A stretch of 64,000 bases of DNA, from assembly GCF_009914755.1 (NCBI RefSeq), contig NC_060936.1; one strand, 5' to 3'. A model generated the notes under the pieces. The model was given only the letters and a program-made list of their open reading frames with translations, made no database searches and had not been told where the DNA came from. Made by a program: the position numbers and the translations under genes. Origin of the DNA: the human T2T-CHM13v2.0 reference genome, Homo sapiens. Shown here piece by piece: positions 26,328 through 40,489 of the stretch (the stretch's first letter is position 1; each line of letters begins with the position of its first letter).

Positions 26328-28020
26328 GTTATAGAAACAGATAAGGTAGATTACAGATTGATCTTTTCTGAAGACATACTCCAGTATGAAGATATTTTAA
26401 GATTTGTTAACATAATGAGGAAGTTTCTCTAGCTTACTTCTGTATGTTAGTATTTAATACAATATTTGTTGAATGAACACATGAATGAATGAATAAAAAG
26501 AGTTTAGAAGTTTGGACTTGCTCAATATAAACAAAAAGGCACCATAATGCTTTTTTAAAAAAGGAAACTTTTAAGCCTATAGATCTTCATTATTTTACTA
26601 ACAGAGAGTTCTCTTGACTCCCAAAAGGTCCTGCCAGGTTGCTTCTGATTTAGAAATAAAGAAATCTCTCTTTTTAATGCCTGTAGTCCCTTACCTGAGT
26701 GTTTGGATGTTCTCTGACCCAAATCACAAGAGTACAACTTCCAATGGAGATTCATAATTACGGAATATTGGTATCAACATAAGTATTTTAGTAAATTCAA
26801 TGTCTTCTCTTCAATCAGCTGTTGACTTACTACTGTATTTATCACTGAAGTAAACAATATGTGCAGCTTAATAAAAATAAACAAGAACACTGAATTAAAT
26901 GGTGTGGGGTGTTGCAAGGGGGTGTAAACAGTGAGTGAAGGGTAAGGATAGAGCCCTCCCAGTAAGGCACAGAAAATGCCTTTTTTCTTATCTCAAGCGT
27001 TAAAATGATTTCAAAATTGGGAAATGTTGCAATTTTTTAATTTTACAGATGAAAAAGGTGGAAGATAAAATAATTTAAGAAGTCTTATTTTGCTAGCATA
27101 GGCTAAAAGAGAACACAGCTTTGTGAATTTTTAATGACCCGTCTATTAAGGTAGAAGTCAAACTATTCCTATGTTAAAGCTTTAGTTTAACTAATCAAAA
27201 TGAAATGATCAGGAAACAGATTTTTATTTTAGCTGATTCTTATACTGTTATTTTACTTTACTCTTTAGTTACGAGGAGGAGGACATAAAAAATCTTGAAT
27301 TTCACTCCTGTTGCTCAGTGACAATGTTCAGAGAAATGTGGCATTTTAACCATCATTTTGGTAAACTTGGTTATTTTTGCATGGCCATCTGTCCCTAAAC
27401 TACATTATTAAGGATGTTCTTAACTCTGTTCTTTCAATGTAAAAATAGAAAAAAGCAAAACAAAAAAAAACCCAAAAAACCAATAACAAAAAACTCCAAA
27501 GCACTGAAATGTTTTTCTATGCTCTACCTGGGCTGGTGGAAGGGGGAGGATGAGGAGAGAAAACACAAAGGGATATGCCTTAAATATTATTGAATTTTAA
27601 AATAGGAATTAAGAATTTAACTTTTACCAATTTTTTGCTACTTAAAGGACATAACACTCTCAGAAATGTTCTGTCAAATCTTCTAAAACTATGTGTAGAG
27701 TTCATGTGATTTGCTCTCTCTGTATTGCCTTATTTTTAACTGGTATATAGGGAATGCTAATTTCCTAATAATAATTATCGAGTAATATCTTGCCATAAAA
27801 GCAATATATGTCCACTAGAGTGTGAGACATGACAGATGAAAAACAAAAAAAGAAAAGAAAAATCATTAGCAACTCCACCATCTGGAGACATTTCTCTTTT
27901 TATTTAGAATATATTCTTATTGTTAAAAAAGGTAACAATTGAAAAGTCAGCATAACAACATTTGAAAATGTTAACAACGTATGAAGTGAAAAATAATCAG
28001 ATTAAAAAAAAAACAGTTCT

Positions 28021-28333
28021 GGCCAGGTATGGGGGCTCATGCCTGCAACCCCAGTGCTTTGGGAAGCCGAGACAGGGCAGATGACTTGAGGTCAGGAAAT
28101 TGAGACCAGCCTGGCCAACATGGTGAAACCCCATCTCTACTAAAAATACAAAAATTAGCCGGGTGTGGTAGTACGCACCTGTAATCTCAGCTACTTGAGA
28201 GACTGAGGCAGGAGAATTGCTTGAACACAGGAGGCTGAGGTTGCAGTGAGCCGAGATCGAGATCGTACTACTGCACTTCAGCATGGGTAAGAGAGCAAGA
28301 CTCAGTCTCAGAAACAAAACAAAACAAACAAAT
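28021..28333 (+). mobile_element. Full-length Alu (AluSx-like)
   Basis: ggccagg through an (AAAAC)n tail. TSD aaaaacagttct at 28009-28020 and 28334-28345. Internal 6-bp duplication gagatcgagatc. Confidence 0.97.
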
Positions 28334-28379
28334 AAAAACAGTTCTGGATCAAGTACACATACCTCTTTCTATTCCTCCT

Positions 28380-29625
28380 ACTTAACACATCAATCTTCTG
28401 CTCTCTCTGGCCAAAGGACCAGGAAAAGAGTAATCTAGCAAAATAGAAAACTTTGAGACAATAACCACCCTGTTCTAACCAAATGTCACAGAAAAAAGCA
28501 CTGCTCTGTCTTCGTCCCAGTGAGAAAGGCCCATCAGGGAATTCAGATATCCACTCCTATCGATGTGTAATGAGGTGTCCCAACCTCTCCAGTAGGGTGG
28601 TGTTAGAGAAGGCTGAGTCAGGAGCTGGGACTTTTAATTTCTCCCTGGTGATTATCAGACACTACTCCCCCGTATATTCAGTGGAGGCATGTGAGGATGC
28701 TGGACTACCATCGCCATCCAGTCATAAAAAAGTACTCTCTCTTCCCACAGGTGTCAGAGAAGACTAAGTGGGGAGTAAGGAGGCTTCCCTGACTGCAGTG
28801 TCAGTGGAAGTTATGTGGGAAGCATTAACGAAGTGCTGTTCCCACTCCAGGCAGGGTGGTGTCACCAGATGGCTAGTGAGGAGCATGAAATACCATCTCT
28901 GCTCAGCAGTAACAAAGTACTCCTCCCAGTTGGGGTGCCAAAGAAGGACAAGTGGAGAACTGGGACTTTCGCTCCCACATATCAAAGAAGGTTTGCTAAA
29001 ACAGAGATTTAAATAAGGCCTAGAGTTGCAAACACAATACACAAGATGTGCAAAGCACAATAAAAAAATCACAGAAAAATCTCACCTTGAGTGAGAGAAA
29101 ACAATAGATAGATGAAAATGCCAGGATGACACAAGTGTTGGGATTAACTGATAAGGATTTTAAAACAGCCATCCTAAAAATGCTTTTGTGGGCAATTAGA
29201 AATAGATTTGAAACAAAAAACAAAAGTAGTCCTCAGCTAAGGAATAGAAGACACTAAACGAAAACTTCAGAACTGAAAATACAATAACTGAAATAAGAAA
29301 CTCAATGAAGAGGCTCAACAGCAAAATGGAGAGGACAGAGGAAAGAATCCAATAATTTGAAGATATAACAATAGAAATTACCCAATCTGAACAATAACAA
29401 ATGTAGACTGAAAAAAAAAAAAAAGAACAGAAACCTAGAGACCTGTGGGACTCTAATAAAAGATATAACATTTGTGTCATTGGAGGGTTAGAAGGAGAGG
29501 AGAAAGGGGATAGGACTGAAAAAAGTATTTGAAGAAATAATGGCTCAACATTTCCCAAATTTGGAAAAAGACATAAATCTACAGATTCAAGAAGCTGAGT
29601 CAACCAAACAGGCTCAACCCAAAAC
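28380..29625 (+). mobile_element. Old L1 (L1MC/MD-type) 5' UTR and decayed ORF1
   Basis: ORF1 landmarks: aaggattttaaaacagccatc, ctgaaaatacaataactgaaataagaaactca, gagacctgtgggac, tttgaagaaataatggctcaacatttcccaaatttg, acagattcaagaagctgag. The 5' UTR boundary is approximate. Confidence 0.8.
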
Positions 29626-29748
29626 GTTGCACAGATGTGGCTGAGCCTTAATTATAACAGCGCTTTTTCTTTTGTTGAATGATTTTAGCAGAGATTTCTA
29701 ACTTTGACTAAATTATGATGCATATACAAGTAAAAGTTATCTAGCTAG

Positions 29749-30190
29749 TCTGGTGGATTAAAGATGGGTCTTAATCTCTCATTTTCTTCATTAAAGAGTG
29801 GAGTCTATTTTGCCTCCATTTAATAAAGGCCTATGGCTGCTTTTTCTAGAAAATGCAATGGATGTGACACTGTTTCAATTCCAGATCTAGCCTTTAAGAG
29901 TAGCAGCTTCCAGTTCCTCTCAATTGGAATACCAGCTATTGGAACACTCTCTCAGAACCCAGTCACCACGCTGTGAGAAGCTCAAGCCCCATGGAGAGGA
30001 CACAGCTGTTAACCAACGACCTGCATATTCTGCCAGCCATATGAGTGGTCCCCTTGGATTTTTCTAGCCAAGTTGAATTTCTGATGACTGAATCCCCAGT
30101 CAATGTGATGTGTTACAGCAGAACTGCCAAGCTGAGCCAGTCAACATACAATAATAAGACATAATAAAGGAATTATTCTAATGCAAAGCT
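29749..30190 (+). mobile_element. Old MaLR LTR (MLT1H/G-like)
   Basis: tggtggattaaagatgg...gtggagtctattt...ggatgtgacactgt...cagaacccagtcaccacgctgtgagaagctcaagcc...gctgagccagtcaac. Confidence 0.75.
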
Positions 30191-30243
30191 TTGAGTTCCT
30201 CTACTATTAGAATAAAAACTATTTCGAACAGATTTAGATGGCA

Positions 30244-30834
30244 TGGGAAAATGTTGATTTTAATGTTAAAACAGATGACAAAAGTAACAACCTGTGACTG
30301 ATATTGTTTAAAAACATGTGGTAAATGCAGTATAATTTAGCACTTCATTTATACATGTAGGACCTCAAATAATCATCTCATATTTTCATAATTGTATGAT
30401 TAGAAGAGTATACAATATGTTACCAGTAGTTGAATAATTTATTTCCTCAAATTTCTTTATTTTTCACAAATAACAGGTGATGCTAGTTGTAGAGAAAACA
30501 TTTTAAATATTTGTCCTATCATTAACAATACACAGAATAAATCTGGTAGTTTAAATATAAATAGTAAATATAATAATAACTCTCAGTTTGGAAGATAAAT
30601 TCAGAATATTGAATTATATAATACAGTAATGTAATTTTTATTGACCAATAACAATTATTAGAAGAGTCAATAATGTGGGAAAAATGTTGATTTTAATGTT
30701 AAGTTAAAACAGATGCCAAAAGTAACAACAGGTGATTGATGTTGTTTAAAAACATGTGGTAAATGCAATATAATTTAGCATTTCATTTATACATGTAGGA
30801 CCTCAAATAATCATCTCATGTTTTCATAGTTATA
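30244..30834 (+). repeat. Non-tandem direct repeat of ~150 bp (30244-30396 and 30676-30834)
   Basis: Both copies read tgggaaaa(a)tgttgattttaatgttaa...aaaagtaacaac...ttgtttaaaaacatgtggtaaatgca...tcatttatacatgtaggacctcaaataatcatctcat; about 10 substitutions and one 5-bp insertion by eye. Confidence 0.95.
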
Positions 30835-31717
30835 AAGTTGTAAATAACATTAATTCTAATTAAGTTTTGCTATATGCTAATTCTGATTCTAATTTAGTTT
30901 TGCTATAGTAACCAAGTAATTTTTAAATATTGAAAGTGCCAATCAATAAATATTGCTCTTAGTGCCAAATCATATTTCTTGTTTTAATCCATGATTAAAT
31001 GACTTCTGTTTTTAAGTTAAAATTGTTTTAGAAATAGATGTTTTAAATGAAATTTGTTTTTATTATCCCTGTTATAGACTCAGAATTTCTAAGAGATGTA
31101 TTGCATGGAATAATAGATAGAGACTCAGAAGGGACTATAGTGTTTATCTAGTTAACCTCTTAACTATGGAGATAATAATTTAATGTACAATAATCTCTTC
31201 TGCTATCTGGAATTAATCAAATAGCAGAAGAGATTAAATTTGATCATTGAAGTTGGATCATGGAACAGTATCTGGCCTTCTCGAAATCGTGAAGTGGTGG
31301 TAGGGGGTTGGCTGGGGGGCTTGAGGTTAGAGGCAGATAATCCCACTACAGAGGAGGTTCAGTTTAGAGACAACGTAAAACATTGAGAAAATAGCAAGAT
31401 GGATAATTTTCCTTACAAAGTAGGTTATCATTAGGAAAACCACTTTATCTACTTTTGGAGGAGATTTTTGAACATTACATCGCTTTATACAGCATAACCA
31501 AATTAAATGTATAGGTTTTTAGGGGTGAGAACTCTAAATATTTTCCCCATATGCCACATTATCTTCTTGAATACTCCAGGGATTTTTCTAGCGTTAAAGT
31601 AAAATTCGTTAATTCTCTGTTATAAACCCATAATTTACAAGGCACAAGATTTTTATTGAATGGTGAGAATATTCTGGCTCTCAACAACTACTTCTACTAG
31701 GAAAGACTAACAATTAT

Positions 31718-32533
<816 letters not shown>

Positions 32534-32959
32534 TATATAAAAAAAATCAGACAGAGATAAATGCTAAAAACAAAAATAAATTAAAGGGACTATTTTAAAT
32601 AGAATTATTTAGAATAATCTTTATAAGATGTTTACATTTGAGCAAAAGCCAAGATGAAAGGAAAAACATATAATGAATAAATAACTAAAGGGCTATTACA
32701 TTTTTTTTTGAAAAGGAAAGTGATAAGACCTGTAGTTTATATTAGGAACATGCTTTTCAAGTAAAGACAAATAAATATTGAAGAGTTATAAGTTAGGAGG
32801 TTATTACAAGAGATGAGTAAGTGCTAATATTGGTTACATCCAGGTCAATGGAAGAAGAAACAGATATAGTGGGCCTTGCAGAGGTAAAATTGGTTAACTT
32901 TTCATGCTAATGAGTTAAATGTTGATTCATCATTCCCATCTTCATCATCATTAATATCA

Positions 32960-33190
32960 TGAGCAGCATAATTTTAATAGGTGGTTATCATTGTGCTAGG
33001 CACTTCACATGTGGTACTTCATCTAATCCAAAACTGATTATTGAACAACAGCTATTTTAAAAATTATTTTTATTTTTAAAATAAGGAAACTGAGATTTAG
33101 AAAAGTGTAGAAACTCTCTGTGAGTCACACAACCAACAAGTGATATGGTGGGATTCATCCTCCAGAGTTTACACTACTAACATTTTGCAT
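32960..33190 (-). mobile_element. MIR SINE
   Basis: cattgtgctaggcacttcacat...aaataaggaaactgagatttaga...gagtcacacaacc...gggattca. Confidence 0.7.
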
Positions 33191-33571
33191 TGCTGCCCCC
33201 TTTACTATGCCAAATTCTTACCATTCTAAGTATTCCTCAGACTCACAAGGAACACTAAAACTCACTTTTTATCTGTGTCTTTCTGCCTTAAAAATATTTC
33301 ATAGATAATATCTTGTTTCATGAATCAATTCTGTGATCTTGGGTATTTTTACTAAAATAATGTAAGTAAAATATATTTTTCGTTATAATTATTATGTGAA
33401 GCCTAATTTAATTTTTAATGTTTATAAAGGGTCCTATTTGGGAGAGTTCTTCTATTTTTCTTCTTAATAATTGTTTCATTTTCTCTAAGCTCCTACAATA
33501 TCTTCTGTTTAGTTATTAACCTTTTTATTTGTCACCATCTTTCATATTTCTTCATATCATTCATATTTCTT

Positions 33572-34550
33572 TTTTTTGGTTCTCATACATTTTTTATTTA
33601 TTTATATATATTTTATTATACTTTAAGTTCTAGGGTACATGTGTACAATGTGCAGATTTGTTATGTATGTATACATGTACCATGTTGGTGTGCTGCACCC
33701 ATTAACTCGTCATTTACATTAGGTATATCTCCTAATGCTATCCCTCCACACTCCCCCCACCCAGTGTGTGATATTCCCCTTCCTGTGTCCAAGTGTTCTC
33801 ATTGTTCAATTCCCACCTATGAGTGAGAACATGCGGTGTTTGGTTTTTTTGTCCGTGCGATAGTTTGCTGAGAATGATGGTTTCCAGCTTCATCCATGTC
33901 CCTACAAAGGATGTGAACTCATCCTTTTTTATGGCTGCATAGTATTCCATGGTGTATATGTGCCACATTTTCTTAATCCAGTCTGTCATTGATGGACATT
34001 TGGGTTGGTTTGAAGTCTTTGCTATTGTGAATAGTGCCGCAATAAACATCTGTGTGCATGTGTCTTTATAGCAGCATGATTTATCCTTTGGGTACATACC
34101 CAGTAATGGGATGGCTGGGTCAAATGGTATTTCTAGTTCTAGATCCTTGAGGAATTGCCACACTGTCTTCCACTATGGTTGAACTAGTTTACAGCCCCAC
34201 CAACAGTGTAAAAGTGTTCCTATTTCTCCACATCCTCTCTAGCACCTGTTGTTACCTGACTTTTTAATGATTGCCATTCTAACTGGTGTGAGATGGTATC
34301 TCATTGCGGTTTTGATTTGCATTTCTCTGATGGCCAGTGATGATGAACATTTTTTCATGTGTCTGTTGGCTGCATAAATGTCTTCTTTTGAGAAGTGTCT
34401 GTTCATATCCTTCACCCACTTTTTGATGGGGTTGTTTGTTTTTTTCTTGTAAATTTGTTTGAGTTATTTGTAGATTCTGGATATTAGCCCTTTGTCAGAA
34501 GAGTAGATTGCAAAAATTTTGCCCCATTCTGTAGGTTGCCTGCCTGTTCA
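33572..34550 (-). mobile_element. 5'-truncated L1PA5-like element (ORF2 C-terminus and 3' UTR)
   Basis: ttattatactttaagttctagggtacatgtg...; ORF 33738-34163 (WQFLKDLELEIPFDPAIPLLG...KKMWHIYTMEYYAAIKKDE) is L1 ORF2p. Perfect 19-bp TSD catatcattcatatttctt at 33553-33571 and 34551-34569. Confidence 0.97.
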
Positions 34551-34731
34551 CATATCATTCATATTTCTTCTTATATCTCTGTTATTTTCTTTTGCATTGT
34601 TTCCTTGAGTAGATCTTGCATTGCCTAACTCGATTTTATGCGACATTATCTATATTATTTACTCTATCTAATGTGTATTTGTAATTTTCTCTGGTGGAAT
34701 TAAGCCCGTTTAACTTTTAACAACCACTTAG

Positions 34732-35047
<316 letters not shown>

Positions 35048-35323
35048 TAATTTTTTATAAATGGCTTGTATTTTCTGAAATTTTCATCTATATGTTTGAA
35101 GGAATCTACTTTATTGATAATTTATTTTTATGATTTTGTGTGATTAAGTTAAGCCTTAATTTGACCAAAATCTAATTATTATTATATAGCTCCCAGGCAT
35201 GAATGAGTGTATTAATGTCTTTATAATCTCCTCTCTTCCCATCCTCTGCTTCTTTCTCTTTCTGTCTGTCTCATTGTTTCATTTGGAGCAAGGATACTTT
35301 CTTCAATGGAATATATATAATAA

Positions 35324-36205
35324 TATAAACTAAAAATAAAATCCTAAATCCCCAACAAATGAATGGATCCCCTGTTGGCCAAGGAGAACCCAGAAAAATC
35401 TTAAAAGCAGAGTAGGACAGGAAGTCAGTCATGGCTTATACCACCTCACTTTTGTAATTTAGACACAACTGACCAGCATTAATGTTAAAGTAAAGGTCAT
35501 AAGACTGACAGAACAGACTCTGCCATAGTAAGATACCAAATCATTAATAGCACCCAAGGTCATGCCAGGTAAGAGTTAAGTCACACACCCCTACACTTAA
35601 AGAATAAACTATGTTCTAACTGCTAAGGTTTTTCGATAAGCAATATTAAAAGAGTTAGAGCTTGCCACCAGACACTGAGTGAACTCTCCTGTTCCACACA
35701 CCATAACTACAGCTTTAGTTGGACAAAAGACTGATTTCAGTAACTTTCTCCTGATAAGACCACCGACCACGGACTGGTTCTAGCCAGTTTACAGAGGCTG
35801 TGTACAGTTTACAGAAGCTGTGCCTTTGTGTCTCTGCTTCACATTTTGATGTCTTGGGCCTAATTATACTACATTTAAATGTTGTGTCTCCACCCCAAGG
35901 TGAACACGAGTCATATCTTGCATGCGTGTTTGTTCAATATGCATCATCAGGACTACCTTCACGAATATGCATAGTCTCTCCTGTACTCCTATAACCTATT
36001 GAATATGTATATATAACCAACCCGTTCAGCATAAAGCTCCTACCCTAAACCCTTCTCGTGCTAAGTGTCTGTCTCTGGTCTTTGCCAGAAGCCGTGCTTC
36101 TCAGGATGCATGATGGCGACCTTGCAGGCTGTAACACTTTATAAGAAATAAAGCTCTTCTTTTCTAAATTTACATTGTGTGATTTTTTTTTTTTTTTAGT
36201 TAACA
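35324..36205 (+). mobile_element. ERV1 solo LTR, MER4 family (MER4D-like)
   Basis: tataaactaaaaataaaatcctaa...ttggccaagg...cacaactgaccagcattaa...taagactgacagaacagactc...; AATAAA near 36147; ends agttaaca. 4-bp flanks ataa/ataa. Confidence 0.85.
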
Positions 36206-36665
36206 ATAATAATAGCATTGAAGAAATTTCAAGAAGTCATGTAAGCCCACAGGAATACTTCTTGGATATACAAATCGTATGATCATTTATTTTGACATAA
36301 TATTTCCAAAGATTTATTTTCCAAAGATTTATATTCTGTAGCCAATCTCTGTAAGTTAGTTGAGTGCCAATTCTCTTTCAGTAGAGAAAAATCTTTGTAA
36401 GGTTTAGCCAATTTCTCATGTGAGATGAATTAATTTTCTTGTACTTGCTAGTTGATATATACCTCACTTAATAAAATATTTATGTTATTCCGAAGTTACT
36501 TACAAATTCAATCAAAATTAAGATATTCTCACTGACAAAAAATAGAGAATGAGAAATATGTCACTACTAAGAAAAATTCACCCAACTCAGTAAAATAATA
36601 TTTAAAGGTGTGGTATAATTTTATAAATCATAAACAAATGTTTTGTGATAAAAATTATCCCTTTC

Positions 36666-38885
36666 AATGCCCTCTCTCACCACTCCTCTTCAACACAGTA
36701 TTATTAGTCCTGGCCACAGCAATTAGGCAAGAGAAAGGAAAAAAAGCGCATCCAAATAGGAAGAGAGGAAGTCAAACTATCACTGTTTGCAGATGACATG
36801 ATTCTATATTTAGAAAACCCCACAGTCTTGGCCCAAAAGCTCCTTCAGATGATAAACAACTTCAGCAAAGGTTCAGGATACAAAATCAATGTACAAAAAT
36901 CACTAGCATTCCTATACACCAACAACAGCCAAGCCAAGAGCCAAATCAGGAACACAATCCCATTCACAATTGCCACAAAGAGAATAAAATACCTAGGAAT
37001 ACAGATAACCAGCCATATGAAAGAGCTCTAAAATGAGCATTAGAAAACACTGCACAAAAAAATCAGAGATGACACTAACAAATGGAAAAAAATTCCATGC
37101 TCATGAATAGGAAGAGTCAATATTGTTAAAATGGCTATACTGCCCAAAGCAATTTATAGATTCAATGCTATTCCTATCAAACTACCAACTATGTTTTTTA
37201 CAGAACTAGAAAAAACTACTCTAAAATTGATATGGAACCCAAAAGAGCCCTAACAGCCCAGGCAATACTAAGAAAAAAGAACAAAGCAAGAGGCATTACA
37301 CTACCCAGCTTCAAACTATACTATAGGGCTACAGTAACCAAAATAACATGGTACTGACACAAAAACAGGCACATAGACCAATGGAACAGAATACAGAGCC
37401 CAGAAATAAGGTTGCACACCTAAAACCATCTGATATTCAACAAAAGCTGACAACAAACAAGCAATGGTGAAAGGATTCCCTATTCAACAAATGGTGCTGG
37501 GATAACTGGATTGCTACACGCAGAATGAAGATTGAAACTGGACCCCTTCCTTACACCATATACAAAAACTCACTCAAGGTGGATCAAAGACTTAAATGTG
37601 AAACCTAAAACTATAAAAACTCTGGAAGACAACTTAGGGAATACTATTCTGGACTGTGGGGTTTTCTAGATATAGAATCATGTCATCTGCAAAGAGTGAT
37701 AGTTTGACTTTCTCTCTTCCTATTTGGATGCCCTTTATTTCTTTCTCTTGCCTAGTTGCTCTGGCCAGCACTTCTAATACTAATGCTATTCTTATATTTC
37801 CTAGGAACTGGAAAAGATTTCATGACAAAGATGCCAAAAGGAATTATAACAAAAGCAAATATTGACAAATGGGACCTAATTAAACTAAAGAGCTTCTGCA
37901 CAGTAAAAGAGACTATCAACACACTAAACAGGCAACCTACAGAACGGGAGAAAATATTTGCAAACTATGAATCTGACAAAAGGTATAATACCCTACATCT
38001 ATAAGGAATTTAAACAAATGTATAAGCAAAAAACAAACAATCCCATTAAAAAGTTGGCAAAGGACATCAACAGACACTTTTCAAAAGAAGACATACATAC
38101 CACCAACAAACATGATAAAAAAGCTCAATATCACTGATTATTAGAGAAATGTAAATCAAAACTACAATGAGATACCATCTCACACAAGTCAGAATGGCTA
38201 TTATTAAAGGTCAAAAAATAACAGATGCTGTCCAGGTGGCAGAGAAAAGGGAAAACTTATACATCATTGTTAGGAGTGTAAATTAGTTCAGCCATTGTGA
38301 AAAGCAGTGGTGATTCCTCAAAGAACTAAAAACAGAACTATTATTCTATCCAGCAATCCCATTATTGGTTATATGCCCAAAGGAATATAAATTGTTCTAT
38401 TATAAAGACACATGCATATGTATGTTCATTGCAGCACTATTCACAATAGCAAAGACAAGGAATCAACCTAAATGCCCATCAATGGTAGACTGGATAAAGA
38501 AAATGTGGTATATACATACTATGGAATACTATGCAGCCACAAAAAATGTGATACTGTCCTTTGCAGGAACATACATGGAGCTAGAGGTCATTATCCTGAA
38601 CAAACTAAAGCAGGAACAGAAAACCAAATACCGCATGTTCTCACTTATAAGAGGGAGCTAGATGATGAGAACACATGGACACAAAGGGGAACGACAGACA
38701 CTGGGGCCTACCTGAGGATGGAGGGTAGGAGTAGGGAGAGGAGTAGGAAAAGTAACTAATGGGTACTATGCTTAATACATGTGTGATAAAATAATCTGTA
38801 CAACAAACCCCTGTGACATGAATTTACATGTATGATAAACCTGCACATGTACCCCTGAATCTAAAATAAAACTTTAAAGAAAATT
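36666..38885 (+). mobile_element. 5'-truncated older primate L1 (L1PA13-15-like): ORF2 RT to 3' UTR, with an internal inverted insert
   Basis: QCPLSPLLFN, FADDM (tttgcagatgacatg, 36786-36800), [41 protein letters not shown]; 3' UTR ending aacctgcacatgtacccctgaatctaaaataaaa. Confidence 0.95.
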
Positions 38886-39914
38886 TTAAAAAATCCTTTT
38901 CTAATTTTTCATGTTTCCATTTATTTTGTGTTTATTTTTCTTTTCCTTTGAAAATAATAATAGTGGTAATAATTTTAAAATTTTCATATAAAACAGCATT
39001 CTTTAACTGCCTTCCCATGAAGGGTACTTCACATTGGAAGAAGAAACCCTATAAGATATGAATATTTCTTTGAATATTTTATAAGACATTAGATTATCTT
39101 TCCTCATAAATTTTATTCTACATCACAATTAAGTGTACATTTAAAAACCCAAAGCCATATCCCTCAATTTTTGTCTATCAGCTTTCAGTTTGTATTTAGT
39201 TCACATTTAAAAAAAAATTTGATCTAGGTTTGTCTGAGGCAATGTTACATATTGTTTGTTTTCCTGTCGTTTTTCAAGTTGAATTTTTTTTCTTAAGATA
39301 GAGTATATATCTTCAAGTGTTTCTGAGAGCAGATATACCTGTTCAAATAATTTAGTGGTCCCTAATCTGTGAGTTATGGTATTTTCATTAAAACTGTAAA
39401 GATTTTAAGAGGAAGTTCTCCGAAAACAATTGTTTCTATCAAATTTTACAAAAAAAACCTCTAAACATTCTCAAAGAGTAGGCCAAGAAAATGTGAAAAC
39501 GAGTTTTAATTTTGACCATGCGTGCAAACTACTAAAAACTGCATGAATCAACTCATGTGCCAAATAAGGTTCAAATACTTTCAGATGTTATTTTCTGGTT
39601 CTCTTTTTTCAAACCTAATAATTTCCAGAAGATATTTTTTCAAATCTACTTTATCTTTCAATTATGGAAGAAAGTAAAATTCTTATCATCTGGCATAATT
39701 TTTTGCTTTAAAGACATAACTGGCTATTAATTTTATATTTGGTAAAAACGGTGTAATGTATTTGTATCTTAGCATATGACAAAATTCAGTTCAAGTGACT
39801 GCATTGATGCAACTCTGCTAGATAGAAAATGATACAAACTTGGAAAGCAATTTTCTTACTCCTAGGTTTGTTTTTTCTACTATATTATCAGGTGAATTAG
39901 AAAACTATACAGGA

Positions 39915-40160
39915 AATGAAATTATCATCACCATTCACCTTTTGTTGAGGGCATTCTTTGTTGCAGACCTTGACCTCACAACAATATTTTCATTATATCA
40001 TTTAATCCTCACAAGGATTCCATAAGGTAGGTTGCTGTCATTATCCCGGTCTTGAGAGGAGATAGCTGAGGCTTCAAAAGATTAGTTCCCAGTGCCCAAG
40101 AGACAGAGCTGATAGCTAATTGCCTGGATACACTGGAAGTCAGACTTCTAATTAGAATAG
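39915..40160 (-). mobile_element. MIR SINE
   Basis: atcatttaatcctcacaaggattccataaggtaggttgctgtcattatccc...gctgaggcttcaaaag...gtgcccaagagacagagc. Confidence 0.75.
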
Positions 40161-40489
40161 TTTATATACAATACTTTTTACTCCCTCTTGTTTTTCTTTT
40201 TAAATCCAAAATGGTTGGATTTATCATTTCAATCATACTTAGTTTTTTGCATTTGCTTACCTTGTTTTGTCTTCTTTTTGATGCCAAAAGGGTCAGGGCT
40301 CAGTATTTAACTTTTTTCTGTTTGATTGTTTTGGTCAATTTTTATTTTGAGATAAAAATTGGCTCATGTAGAAAATTCATCCAACACATTTAGAAAAAAT
40401 TAAGCTATGTTTTACATGTTCTAAATGAGTTTTAATACTCTCTACCAACTCAATAAATTCCTCAAATCACACTTTTTTTCTCTTATTTT

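Noticed and set aside
28483-29603. Cluster of overlapping 65-135 aa ORFs
   Set aside because: They lie in an old L1 5' UTR/ORF1; the 135-aa minus ORF is the antisense reading of decayed ORF1.
33738-34163. 141-aa ORF and the L1-like ORFs at 36608-38759 and 50138-51664
   Set aside because: Fragments of L1 ORF2p from truncated, frameshifted copies; not retrotransposition-competent and not host genes.
36303-36332. 15-bp tandem duplication tttccaaagatttat x2
   Set aside because: Ordinary slippage duplication with no wider structure.
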